Part shown: positions 16,481 to 23,901 of the stretch, piece after piece
How the letters are laid out: each line of letters opens with the position of its first letter
How positions within the stretch are numbered: position 1 is the first letter of the stretch
DNA from: a virus
Taxonomy: Duplodnaviria > Caudoviricetes
Strand: one strand, 5' to 3'
Virus record (IMG/VR): IMGVR_UViG_3300025635_000112
Coordinates: 1-31,078 of that record
Length of the DNA stretch: 31,078 nucleotides
Notes under the pieces: generated by a model
The model's database searches: none
Told to the model about the DNA's origin: nothing
Seen by the model: the letters and a program-made list of their open reading frames with translations, nothing else
Position numbers and translations under genes: made by a program

Positions 16481-16516
16481 AAAGCCGACCCAGCCCTAAA
16501 GGTCGGCTTTTCTCTT
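16481..16516 (+). terminator. intrinsic terminator ending the late/lysis region
   Basis: AAAGCCGACC-N10-GGTCGGCTTT followed by TCTCTT. Confidence 0.8.
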
Positions 16517-16519
16517 GCC

Positions 16520-16574
16520 TGTGGATAACTTGTGTATAACAAGGATTGACAAGAAATAACAACAGGAGTATAAT
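16520..16574 (+). promoter_or_regulatory. consensus sigma70 early promoter preceded by two DnaA boxes
   Basis: TTGACA (16546-16551) N17 TATAAT (16569-16574); TGTGGATAA (16520) and TGTGTATAA (16531). Confidence 0.9.
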
Positions 16575-16632
16575 ATATATGTAAGGTAAAAAACCTTACA
16601 AAAACAAAAAGTAATAAAGAAAGGGCAAATAT

Positions 16633-16779
16633 ATGAATAAGAAAGAAGTGCTTAAACAGGTCAACAAAAAGATTGACCAAATCATTCTAAAGGCTAAGTT
16701 AGCTGGCAAGTGGACTGACAGCATGAAGTCTGAATATAAGAGACTTTGTAAAATCCACAAAGAGTTAGCTTTCGCCTAG
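16633..16779 (+). CDS. 48-aa basic helical protein, first early gene (absent from ORF track)
   Basis: MNKKEVLKQVNKKIDQIILKAKLAGKWTDSMKSEYKRLCKIHKELAFA downstream of consensus promoter. Confidence 0.7.
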   Translation: MNKKEVLKQVNKKIDQIILKAKLAGKWTDSMKSEYKRLCKIHKELAFA

Positions 16780-16806
16780 TAGGTCTAAAAATTAAAAACA
16801 CAAAAA

Positions 16807-17313
16807 ATGAAAAAAATAATAATTCTTATACTTGCAATCGTCGCTCTAAATTATGTAGTCGACGTGAGGCAAGAGAGGGCAATCGAGAACCTTAAAAATC
16901 TAAGCAATGAGTCCGACGATAGCGTATGTGGTTTGCGCGACGTCGTGTGTGCCGGTGAGACAAAGACAGCCGACGCAAAAATAAACACACAAAAAACCAC
17001 GAAGGCAAGTTGGTACCATTACGAAATTAACGGCCAGCGTTGGAGCGAGAATCACCGCACCGCCGCAAGCCGGGAGTTTCCAAGAGGCACTATGGTAGAG
17101 GTAACTAACAAAGCGAACGGTAAGACCGTGCAAGTCCTAATAAATGACTTCGGCCCTGACGCTAAAGTACACCCCGACCGAGAACTTGATTTATCGTGGT
17201 ATGCGTTTTCACAAATCGCAGACCCTAGAGTCGGACTCATTGAGGTTGAGTACCATGCAATCGAAGGCGACGGAAATTATAAGCCGGAGTTTGCATGGAC
17301 TGGAAAGAAGTAA
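16807..17313 (+). CDS. RlpA-like double-psi beta-barrel lytic transglycosylase with signal peptide
   Basis: ASWY...TAASREFPRGTMVEVTNKANGKTVQVLINDFGP...RELDLSWYAFSQIA; MKKIIILILAIVAL. Confidence 0.88.
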   Translation: MKKIIILILAIVALNYVVDVRQERAIENLKNLSNESDDSVCGLRDVVCAGETKTADAKINTQKTTKASWYHYEINGQRWSENHRTAASREFPRGTMVEVTNKANGKTVQVLINDFGPDAKVHPDRELDLSWYAFSQIADPRVGLIEVEYHAIEGDGNYKPEFAWTGKK

Positions 17314-17354
17314 ACACCTGCCACGAGAATTACAGCGAGAATTACATCGGCAGT

Positions 17355-17398
17355 TGTGGATAACAAGAATTGACAAAGAGTAATAACAGTTTTAATAT
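17355..17398 (+). promoter_or_regulatory. DnaA box plus sigma70 promoter, probably leaderless
   Basis: TGTGGATAA (17355), TTGACA (17370-17375) N17 TAATAT (17393-17398), ATG at 17405. Confidence 0.7.
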
Positions 17399-17404
17399 GT
17401 AGGT

Positions 17405-17653
17405 ATGAAAAAGACAACAGCAAAAATCAATCCTAAACAATGGTACTCGCTCGTGATTTGGGTGAATGATAAGTTATTCCCTTGGTGTAACAACATCGCC
17501 ACATACCGGGCATGGATACAACGAGACCGAGCCAGCCGCAACAAATTAAAAGCGGTTATCAATGGCAAGGGTGTTGCAACCAAGTATCACATAAAAGGCG
17601 AAAATATAATTAAGTTCATCGCAGCAGTAGAGGACGGTAGTTACCACCTCTAA
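17405..17653 (+). CDS. excisionase/MerR-like winged-helix DNA-binding protein
   Basis: 82 aa basic; WYSL...TYRAWI...LKAVINGKG..TKYHIKGENIIKFI layout. Confidence 0.5.
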   Translation: MKKTTAKINPKQWYSLVIWVNDKLFPWCNNIATYRAWIQRDRASRNKLKAVINGKGVATKYHIKGENIIKFIAAVEDGSYHL

Positions 17654-17672
17654 GGCGTGAACAACAAAAACT

Positions 17673-18092
17673 ATGAGCAAGCAAAACAAGGCACTTGCAG
17701 CCTACACGCAAGCCGCACTCGCGGTTAAAGAGTTTCGAGAAAAAAACGCTAAGGTATTCGGACAGTATGACAGTTTACTAGTCGCTGTTACCGAAGCGGA
17801 GAAAGCACTCAAGGACGAGGTTAAGCTAAACTTAAAAGCTAATATCGCCAACGAGTACATAAAGGTTAACTACGCCCCGGCTTTCAAAAAGTGGTATGAC
17901 CCGACTATCGTATTTGAAATGGTAACGCCAAAGGTGAAGAAAACCATTATCGACGCAGGGGCATTAGTGCAGGAAATCGACAAGGCAAAGTTTGAGGAAC
18001 TGGTCGAACTCGGACAAGTGCCAGTAGAGGTTAAACAGGCGGCCTACAAAGAGCAGGAGTTGGCGCCAAGGGTAAGTATTAAAGAACTCTAA
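17673..18092 (+). CDS. hypothetical recombination-module protein (coiled-coil N-terminus, Gam/gp157-like layout)
   Basis: 139 aa; EIDKAKFEEL motif; position upstream of annealase. Confidence 0.4.
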   Translation: MSKQNKALAAYTQAALAVKEFREKNAKVFGQYDSLLVAVTEAEKALKDEVKLNLKANIANEYIKVNYAPAFKKWYDPTIVFEMVTPKVKKTIIDAGALVQEIDKAKFEELVELGQVPVEVKQAAYKEQELAPRVSIKEL

Positions 18093-18096
18093 AACT

Positions 18097-18903
18097 ATGG
18101 GAACCATTAAAGCCGTAGCAGGCAAAAAGCTCAAGGCAGGGCAAGCGGTAGTCTTAAAGAAAAACAAGGCTTACCCCCTCGCTATCCCTAAGCGCAAGCT
18201 GGCATGGGGCGGACACATGCCTAAACCTGCAAACCAACAGGACGCCGCGGTTTCCGACTTCTGCAACAAAGTGGCTCAAATCTACGGCGTACCGTCTATG
18301 GGCGTAAATGCCATGGGGAACCAACCCTACTTAAACAAGGACGGCAGGCTCTACTTGCTCCATGAGCTACGCAAAGGCAAGCAAGCAGTCCGCGCTATAC
18401 GGGTTGAGTTTATACAAATGTCCCACAATATCGACGAGCCAGCCGTGGTGAAGAAAACTATTTTTTTCAAAGACGGCGTGGAAGTCGAAGCAGTCGGGGA
18501 AGCCAGCAAACAGAGCGTAAAGCTCGAAGCAGTAAAGCAAACCCTAAACATGATGGCCGAGACTCGTGCGCTTAACCGGGCAATCTGGCAGGCTATTGCC
18601 GCAGACGTATGGAACCGGGTAGCGGAGAACTTGGCCAAGTCGCAGCTCACCGAGGAAGAAAAGCAGAAGGTAGCCGAAGCAGGTAGGGTGTCATACGAGG
18701 AAATGGCACAGCCAGCAAACGTACAAGCGACTGCCGGTGAAAGTCCTATGTACGGCGCTACGTTAGCCCGTGTCATGGCAATTAGGGGAAACAAGGCAAA
18801 AGTACAGGAAGCACTAGAAAAGTTGCCTACGTTGCCTTTAAACGACAAAGAGAAGGGTTATATCGAAGGGAAACTACAAGCATGGCTCAAAGACACAAAA
18901 TGA
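18097..18903 (+). CDS. putative single-strand annealing protein (RecT/Rad52 superfamily)
   Basis: QPYLNKDGRLYL...AVGEAS...MMAETRALNRAI; adjacent to exonuclease. Confidence 0.65.
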   Translation: MGTIKAVAGKKLKAGQAVVLKKNKAYPLAIPKRKLAWGGHMPKPANQQDAAVSDFCNKVAQIYGVPSMGVNAMGNQPYLNKDGRLYLLHELRKGKQAVRAIRVEFIQMSHNIDEPAVVKKTIFFKDGVEVEAVGEASKQSVKLEAVKQTLNMMAETRALNRAIWQAIAADVWNRVAENLAKSQLTEEEKQKVAEAGRVSYEEMAQPANVQATAGESPMYGATLARVMAIRGNKAKVQEALEKLPTLPLNDKEKGYIEGKLQAWLKDTK

Positions 18904-19508
18904 AATTACCAAGACCGTACCTTTCCTACTCGCAGTTTTATTTGTACCAAAACGACCCTATGGAGTATTACCAACAGTACTACGTCTGTAGGGTCGATGA
19001 ACCAACACCTAAAATGTTGTTCGGTAAAATATTCCAAGAGGCATGGTGCGATAAGAAGTACGACTACGCAAAAGAACTCAAGGCAGCAGGGTTTACAGCA
19101 AACTATGAGCGTGTAATCCGTGAAGCGTTGAGCCACAAAAATACTGTGTTTCTTCCCAAGTCTATGACCGAGCACCGTATGTTAGTGAAGCACCCGAGAC
19201 TCAACTACCCGATACTCTCTATCTTTGACGGCTTCCGCCCAAGCGCTCGACTGATTGTTGAAAATAAAATGGGCGTGGTGTGGACGCAGGAGCGAGTCGA
19301 CACAGACAAACAACTTACTTGGTACTTGCTCTCATGCAAACTGAAACTCGGTTTTGTGCCAAAGATGTTGCTACAGTCGTTCAACTCTAACAACGGCATA
19401 CCGACGCAGTACTGGGTGAAGCGCTACCAGTTCGACTTCGATAAATTAATTCAAGATATTAATACCATGGTCGAAAGGCTACAGGCCGGAGACTTTGAAA
19501 TAAGGTAA
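18900..19508 (+). CDS. PD-(D/E)xK exonuclease (Cas4/RecB-like, no Fe-S cysteines)
   Basis: YLSYSQ...DP..YY...FGKIFQE...IFDG...IVENKMG...QLTWY; ATGA overlap start at 18900. Confidence 0.8.
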   Translation: MKLPRPYLSYSQFYLYQNDPMEYYQQYYVCRVDEPTPKMLFGKIFQEAWCDKKYDYAKELKAAGFTANYERVIREALSHKNTVFLPKSMTEHRMLVKHPRLNYPILSIFDGFRPSARLIVENKMGVVWTQERVDTDKQLTWYLLSCKLKLGFVPKMLLQSFNSNNGIPTQYWVKRYQFDFDKLIQDINTMVERLQAGDFEIR

Positions 19509-19512
19509 AACT

Positions 19513-19734
19513 ATGACCGAAGATGAAAAAAAAGAAATAAAAACGCAGTTGGAAATAGCAAGGACTACCGAGTCGGTGATTGAAAAAATACAGAGACAAG
19601 TACAAGGCACTAGAGATTATTATGGTATTCCCGAACTAAACCAAGTCTACAGTTTGCTAGACCAAGTAACGACAAGACTTTTAACTACTATTGAAAAGCT
19701 GGAGGACGCAGAGAAAGAGGTCGCAGATGACTAG
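19513..19734 (+). CDS. hypothetical helical protein
   Basis: 73 aa, AAAACTATG start. Confidence 0.65.
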   Translation: MTEDEKKEIKTQLEIARTTESVIEKIQRQVQGTRDYYGIPELNQVYSLLDQVTTRLLTTIEKLEDAEKEVADD

Positions 19735-19969
19735 ACCAGAAAATACAATTTTTATTCGTTCAAGGGGAGCATTTTACGAAACTTTTGCGAAAGCTCTAGG
19801 CGAGGGCATTATGCTCTCCGGGTTTGAGACCGAAGCGGAAGCGATAGAAACCACTGGCCACGCGCTATTTAACCTGAATAAGTACGGGGTTGTGGAGTAC
19901 AAAAAACATTTGAGTGAGCCATGCGGTCAAGAAACTGGCACGCATGGCTATGGAGTAATACGAGAATAA
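19727..19969 (+). CDS. hypothetical protein
   Basis: ATG 19727 overlapping the end of the previous gene; 80 aa. Confidence 0.55.
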   Translation: MTRPENTIFIRSRGAFYETFAKALGEGIMLSGFETEAEAIETTGHALFNLNKYGVVEYKKHLSEPCGQETGTHGYGVIRE

Positions 19970-19970
19970 A

Positions 19971-20165
19971 ATGACACTTATAAATAGTTTGGAAGAAATT
20001 AAAATTAAAGAAGTTAAAAAGCACGTAGCTATAGGCCGAGACAAAATGAGTATGACGATTGTATTCGATAGTCCGGTAACGATAAACGAGGGCGACATAG
20101 TGGTCTACACTTTCACGGAGAGAGGTTTTATAGACGGGGCTTTTATAAAAAGAAATGACAAATAA
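19971..20165 (+). CDS. hypothetical protein
   Basis: 64 aa, operon packing. Confidence 0.5.
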   Translation: MTLINSLEEIKIKEVKKHVAIGRDKMSMTIVFDSPVTINEGDIVVYTFTERGFIDGAFIKRNDK

Positions 20166-20829
20166 GAACACACAACTTAATCCTGGCAAGCTCTGGCCAA
20201 TTATAAAAATCACGGTCGGACTTATTCGGGAAAATCCCAAGCTCCTAGAAAATGAGGATTATTTGCGAGCAACCCTACAGCACAACATACCGGAGCTTAA
20301 CGACCGAGACCATTGTGCAAACTGTGGCGCGCTCATGGCTGAATACATATTTGAGTTTGATATACTGGACGCTTTGCTTTTGCTCGGTATGGCTCGCGCA
20401 GTTCGCAGCGCCTTAGAGAAAGGTAAAATGTTTACTGACGCTAACATGGTTAGAGTCCAACGCTTAGAGGGAATGACCTATGCCATGAAAAGCCGTACTA
20501 CTCAATGCTCGAAGCTCGGGCTTATAGCAAAGCTCAAGAGTCCCAATGGTCGACAAGTGCCGGGTACATGGGTAATCACGAAGCGAGGTTGGGAGGCGCT
20601 ATCCGGCAAGCCAGTACCGAAATCCGTGCGCGTATGGCGAGGCAAGATTGAGGAAAGAGTATCGGAGCTAACCACAATACAAGAGGCATTGCAATATCAC
20701 CGCGAAAAGGTCGAGGCGTTGGTAAAGAAAAATAAGCAACCGAAGTCCGACTACCGTGTCGAGGGAATGACCTACGACCCGTTAGAATGGGTACGATTCG
20801 GTGAAGTAAGACAAGGAGTACTCCTATGA
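20155..20829 (+). CDS. hypothetical protein with CxxC knuckle and winged-helix-like segment
   Basis: CANCG; KLGLIAKL...GTWVITKRGWEAL. Confidence 0.55.
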   Translation: MTNKNTQLNPGKLWPIIKITVGLIRENPKLLENEDYLRATLQHNIPELNDRDHCANCGALMAEYIFEFDILDALLLLGMARAVRSALEKGKMFTDANMVRVQRLEGMTYAMKSRTTQCSKLGLIAKLKSPNGRQVPGTWVITKRGWEALSGKPVPKSVRVWRGKIEERVSELTTIQEALQYHREKVEALVKKNKQPKSDYRVEGMTYDPLEWVRFGEVRQGVLL

Positions 20830-21089
20830 TTGATACAAAAAACAGGCTTGGCCAGACTTTCGTAGTTAGCGATAGTGCGGTACTGGTCGAGACGCAGAGC
20901 TTCGGCCGAGGCACAAGCCGTACAAGTTTCTCTCGCGAGCATATAGTCTCGGTAAAACGTTTCCGTGCGGTATATGATATTCCGTTTCTTGAAAACTCTA
21001 TCGAGATACGAACCATGGACGGGCGCAAGCATACGATAAAACATTTGCGAAAGTCCGTAGCAGTGGAAGCGGAAAAAGAATTAATGTAA
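20826..21089 (+). CDS. bacterial PH-domain-like protein
   Basis: TSFSREHIVSV...SIEIRTMDGRKHTIKHL plus C-terminal helix. Confidence 0.5.
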   Translation: MIDTKNRLGQTFVVSDSAVLVETQSFGRGTSRTSFSREHIVSVKRFRAVYDIPFLENSIEIRTMDGRKHTIKHLRKSVAVEAEKELM

Positions 21090-21095
21090 AAAACT

Positions 21096-21599
21096 ATGGC
21101 ACTTTTTGAGGACTATGAGCAGAAGCGCCAAAACTTATTTACCAAAATACAGAGCTTGCAGGAGTTCGAGAAAAGCGACAAGGTGGTAAATCTGGTATTT
21201 GAGGTAAGCCGTCAAATCCTAGGACAGCCTAGAAATCACAGCAATGCCCCGTGGTTGCTCCGTAAAGGCTCGGAACTTATCGCCTACTACCCTTACCTCG
21301 GAGGCAAGGCTAATGAGGCGTGGGGCGAATATAAAGCCGCAGAGGTGGCGTTTAAATCGGTACGCGACGCTTTGGTTATCAGTATGGCCGCAGGCAAGGG
21401 TACAATAACCGAGGCGAAGGCGGAAGCAGGGAGAGCGAGCGTGGACGCAGAAATTGACGTTATTGCCAGAGAGCAAAGGTCAAAAAACTACGCCATGGTG
21501 GCTGATACGTGCGACCGTATGGTATCATTTATACAAAGTACTGTAAGGCAAATTGAGGCTGAAAAAGCCAAAGCCAGCCATGCAGACCGCGGTATGTAG
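21096..21599 (+). CDS. all-helical protein, weakly UvsY-like
   Basis: 167 aa coiled coil with TITEAKAEA turn. Confidence 0.4.
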   Translation: MALFEDYEQKRQNLFTKIQSLQEFEKSDKVVNLVFEVSRQILGQPRNHSNAPWLLRKGSELIAYYPYLGGKANEAWGEYKAAEVAFKSVRDALVISMAAGKGTITEAKAEAGRASVDAEIDVIAREQRSKNYAMVADTCDRMVSFIQSTVRQIEAEKAKASHADRGM

Positions 21600-21604
21600 A
21601 AACT

Positions 21605-21913
21605 ATGGGGTGGTAATGGTGTGGTCGGAAAGTCCGAGCTACACTCGGGCGCAGACTAGCAATCTTCGGGACGGTGTATTATCAGAACACTAAGCACCGG
21701 AGCTACTTACGTGATGTAAAGTTTACGGCTTCAAAATACGGAGCTATCGGGTGAAAATCCCGGGTAAATTATTTACAGAGCCAGAAGCTAACCGCTTATG
21801 TTTGGGCGCCCCCTTTGGGTTAAACTCCAAAAAATCAGTAAGCAACGTGTACACATGCTTACGTGTTGGGGAATCAAGCAACACAAGTCCGACCCATGCC
21901 ACTACCACCTCAT
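21605..21913 (+). ncRNA. putative ~310-nt multi-hairpin structured RNA of unknown family
   Basis: 21605-21629 pairs with 21888-21913 (about 24 pairs incl. G-U, one mismatch, one bulge) enclosing at least eight hairpins. Confidence 0.7.
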
Positions 21914-21930
21914 TAGACCACTCAAAAAAT

Positions 21931-22272
21931 ATGAGACCGATACCCGAAATCTTAAAGCGCGAAATGGAGCAAGACCCGTATTATAAAGCGTGCGCCCGAG
22001 AGGGAAACGACTGCAAAGGTCGTATCACTTGGGAACACGCTTTTATTTATGGCGGCAGACAAATTAACGAGAAATGGGCAATCATTCCTTTATGTGAATG
22101 GCACCACTTAGGCGGCGGTTTAGACAAGCGCATGAATGAATGGATAGCTTTAAAACGAGCGACTAATGCAGACCTCGCTAAGTACCCTGCCGAGCATTGG
22201 GTTAGAAAATTAAAGTTTCTCGATAAGAAATATAATATCCACAAGTTATCCACCGCAAAGCCTCTTTTCTGA
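21931..22272 (+). CDS. HNH-like nuclease (P1 Ref / DUF968-like)
   Basis: CAR...CKGRITWEHAF...WAIIPLCEWHH; start moved to AAAAAATATG at 21931. Confidence 0.65.
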   Translation: MRPIPEILKREMEQDPYYKACAREGNDCKGRITWEHAFIYGGRQINEKWAIIPLCEWHHLGGGLDKRMNEWIALKRATNADLAKYPAEHWVRKLKFLDKKYNIHKLSTAKPLF

Positions 22273-22301
22273 TGTTGACTCTTATTATTTCATGCTATAA
22301 T
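22235..22301 (+). promoter_or_regulatory. two DnaA-box-like sites and extended -10 promoter for the initiator operon
   Basis: ATATCCACA (22235), TTATCCACC (22246), TTGACT (22275), TGCTATAAT (22293-22301). Confidence 0.7.
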
Positions 22302-22376
22302 CATTTTACAGAGTCGACACAGAATATATGCTATGATATTTGCAAGGGAACAACTAAGACTTGCCACCCTACAAGC

Positions 22377-22415
22377 CCCCGAACGTGTCGACTTACACTC
22401 GGGGTTTTGTTTTTT
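22377..22415 (+). terminator. conditional terminator in initiator leader
   Basis: CCCCGA-AC-GTGT-CGACTT-ACAC-TCGGGG followed by TTTTGTTTTTT, 5 nt before ATG 22421. Confidence 0.65.
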
Positions 22416-22420
22416 AAACT

Positions 22421-23173
22421 ATGAGCACAACAGAAACAAAAATCGAAGTTCGCGACTTACGGCAAAGCGATTGGGTATGGATAGAAAAAACCATACTCTT
22501 TAGCGAATATGTAAGTGCAGCAGACTACAAGGTTTATTCCGGCTTGGCTAGTTACGCAGACAACCGCGAACAAAACGCATGGCCGAGCATACCAACCCTA
22601 TGCGAGCGACTGCATTTGAGCAGGGCAACCGTACTTCGTTCTTTGGACAATCTAAAAGACCTTGGCATTATTTCCTCGGAGAAGCGCGCCGGAATGAGCA
22701 ACATATATTGCTTGCTCAAAGTGGAAGAACTAAAACCCACGCGCAAGACCAAAGCCACTTCACCGCACCAAGCCTTTGTTAAGTTTTTTTATGATACCGC
22801 AAATAAAACTAGGGGCTTCCAGCCGAAGTTTAATATCAGAGACGGAAGCCAATTAAAAAGGGTGCTGGCGCTGAATATCCTAAGCCCGATTGAGTTAGAA
22901 CAACTGGCAGTATATTTTCTGGCCAGCTACAGGTACAAGCAGTTTACGCCGAGCATTGCGACTTTCCTAAGCGGTGGAATAATGAACGGTCTTATTAACT
23001 CGATACGAAATAACCCGAACTTTTGGAAAGAACTAGACGACCTTGGAAGGCAATTTTTAAATACTACGAGCGAACCGCAACAGGTCGATTTTGTGGCCAA
23101 GCTTGAGGCATTAAAAAATAAATTATCAATTAATACGGCACCGGCAAAACAACCGGCGCTAATAGGGAAATAA
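22421..23173 (+). CDS. replication initiator / replisome organizer with N-terminal HTH_36-type domain
   Basis: KVYSGLASYAD...AWPSIPTLCERLHLSRATVLRSLDNLKDLGII...SNIYCL. Confidence 0.78.
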   Translation: MSTTETKIEVRDLRQSDWVWIEKTILFSEYVSAADYKVYSGLASYADNREQNAWPSIPTLCERLHLSRATVLRSLDNLKDLGIISSEKRAGMSNIYCLLKVEELKPTRKTKATSPHQAFVKFFYDTANKTRGFQPKFNIRDGSQLKRVLALNILSPIELEQLAVYFLASYRYKQFTPSIATFLSGGIMNGLINSIRNNPNFWKELDDLGRQFLNTTSEPQQVDFVAKLEALKNKLSINTAPAKQPALIGK

Positions 23174-23175
23174 AT

Positions 23176-23298
23176 ATGTTTAGAGGACTTTTAACCAACA
23201 TACCCTTTTTATTCGGCGTAGCGCTTCTGGCTCAAGTGGGCGGTCGCACGGCAATGATTGTGGTAGGAGTACTGCTAATTATTCTTTCACTAATTTAG
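23176..23298 (+). CDS. 40-aa hydrophobic membrane protein (absent from ORF track)
   Basis: MFRGLLTNIPFLFGVALLAQVGGRTAMIVVGVLLIILSLI; fills the gap exactly. Confidence 0.6.
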   Translation: MFRGLLTNIPFLFGVALLAQVGGRTAMIVVGVLLIILSLI

Positions 23299-23304
23299 AG
23301 AGCC

Positions 23305-23520
23305 ATGGCATACGACGCAAACCTAGAAACCGTAATCACGGTAAAGCTAAAAGTTAAAAATAAAGTAACAGAAAAATACACCGAGGAAGGTATGAAAGTA
23401 TCTATACTCGGCGACCTCGCAGACGGCAAGGAGCTTATCGACAACCTGCAAGAAAGAGCGCAGGTGCTCAACGACCAACGCCGACCGGCTGCACTGTTCG
23501 AGGAGAAAGATAAAAAATAA
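23305..23520 (+). CDS. hypothetical protein
   Basis: 71 aa, operon packing. Confidence 0.6.
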   Translation: MAYDANLETVITVKLKVKNKVTEKYTEEGMKVSILGDLADGKELIDNLQERAQVLNDQRRPAALFEEKDKK

Positions 23521-23522
23521 CT

Positions 23523-23705
23523 ATGGAAAAAATAAAAGGTGTTCAAATTAGGGTGCATGAGGATATACACCAAGCTCTCAAAATAGAGGCATTTCGTCGA
23601 GGCAAAACTATGAGAGAACTTACTGACGAAATCTTAGGGAAATTACTAAAACAACATGAAAATAAGAAAAATAAACAAAGCAAAAAAACGCAGAAAAGAT
23701 TTTGA
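23523..23705 (+). CDS. ribbon-helix-helix DNA-binding protein
   Basis: VQIRVHEDIHQALKIEAFRRGKTMRELTDEIL. Confidence 0.75.
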   Translation: MEKIKGVQIRVHEDIHQALKIEAFRRGKTMRELTDEILGKLLKQHENKKNKQSKKTQKRF

Positions 23706-23898
23706 GAAACGCAGGAATCTAAAAAACCGGAATGGAAAGAAGGCTTTACAGAGGGGCAGAGTCTTGCGCGCCGGAGACGGCATATTGCCAGAAAGTAAAA
23801 AAGGAACTTTAAGCAAAGCAGAAAAAGCAGAGCTTGAGGAGCAGAGAAAATTAAGAAATAACACACTGGCAGACGTAAAAGCCAGCGAGGAAACCTAA
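23656..23898 (+). CDS. highly basic hypothetical protein
   Basis: 80 aa, Lys/Arg-rich N-terminal half. Confidence 0.5.
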   Translation: MKIRKINKAKKRRKDFEKRRNLKNRNGKKALQRGRVLRAGDGILPESKKGTLSKAEKAELEEQRKLRNNTLADVKASEET

Positions 23899-23901
23899 AC
23901 C

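Noticed and set aside
16171-16500. Stop-codon recoding joining the TAG-ended micro-ORFs
   Set aside because: Long genes are intact in code 11 and end cleanly at TAG (7143, 9546, 27312) or TGA (18903, 28671); downstream micro-ORFs have their own SDs.
16228-16680. Divergent repressor gene on the minus strand
   Set aside because: No HTH; spans terminator, promoter and + strand micro-ORFs.
21627-21640. RNase P RNA (GGAAAGTCCGAGCT resembles conserved region I)
   Set aside because: No distal P4 complement in an ACAGAA-CTCGGCTTA-type context and no room for P2/P3 before the motif; the segment pairs locally instead.
21607-21765. tRNA or tmRNA (GGGG start and T-loop-like CGGGTGAAAATCCCG)
   Set aside because: No acceptor strand or CCA after the T-like arm and no cloverleaf spacing.
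21751-21986. N-terminal extension of the nuclease ORF from 21751 and ORF 21798-21986
   Set aside because: Both run through the structured RNA and lack typical start context; ATG 21931 fits better.
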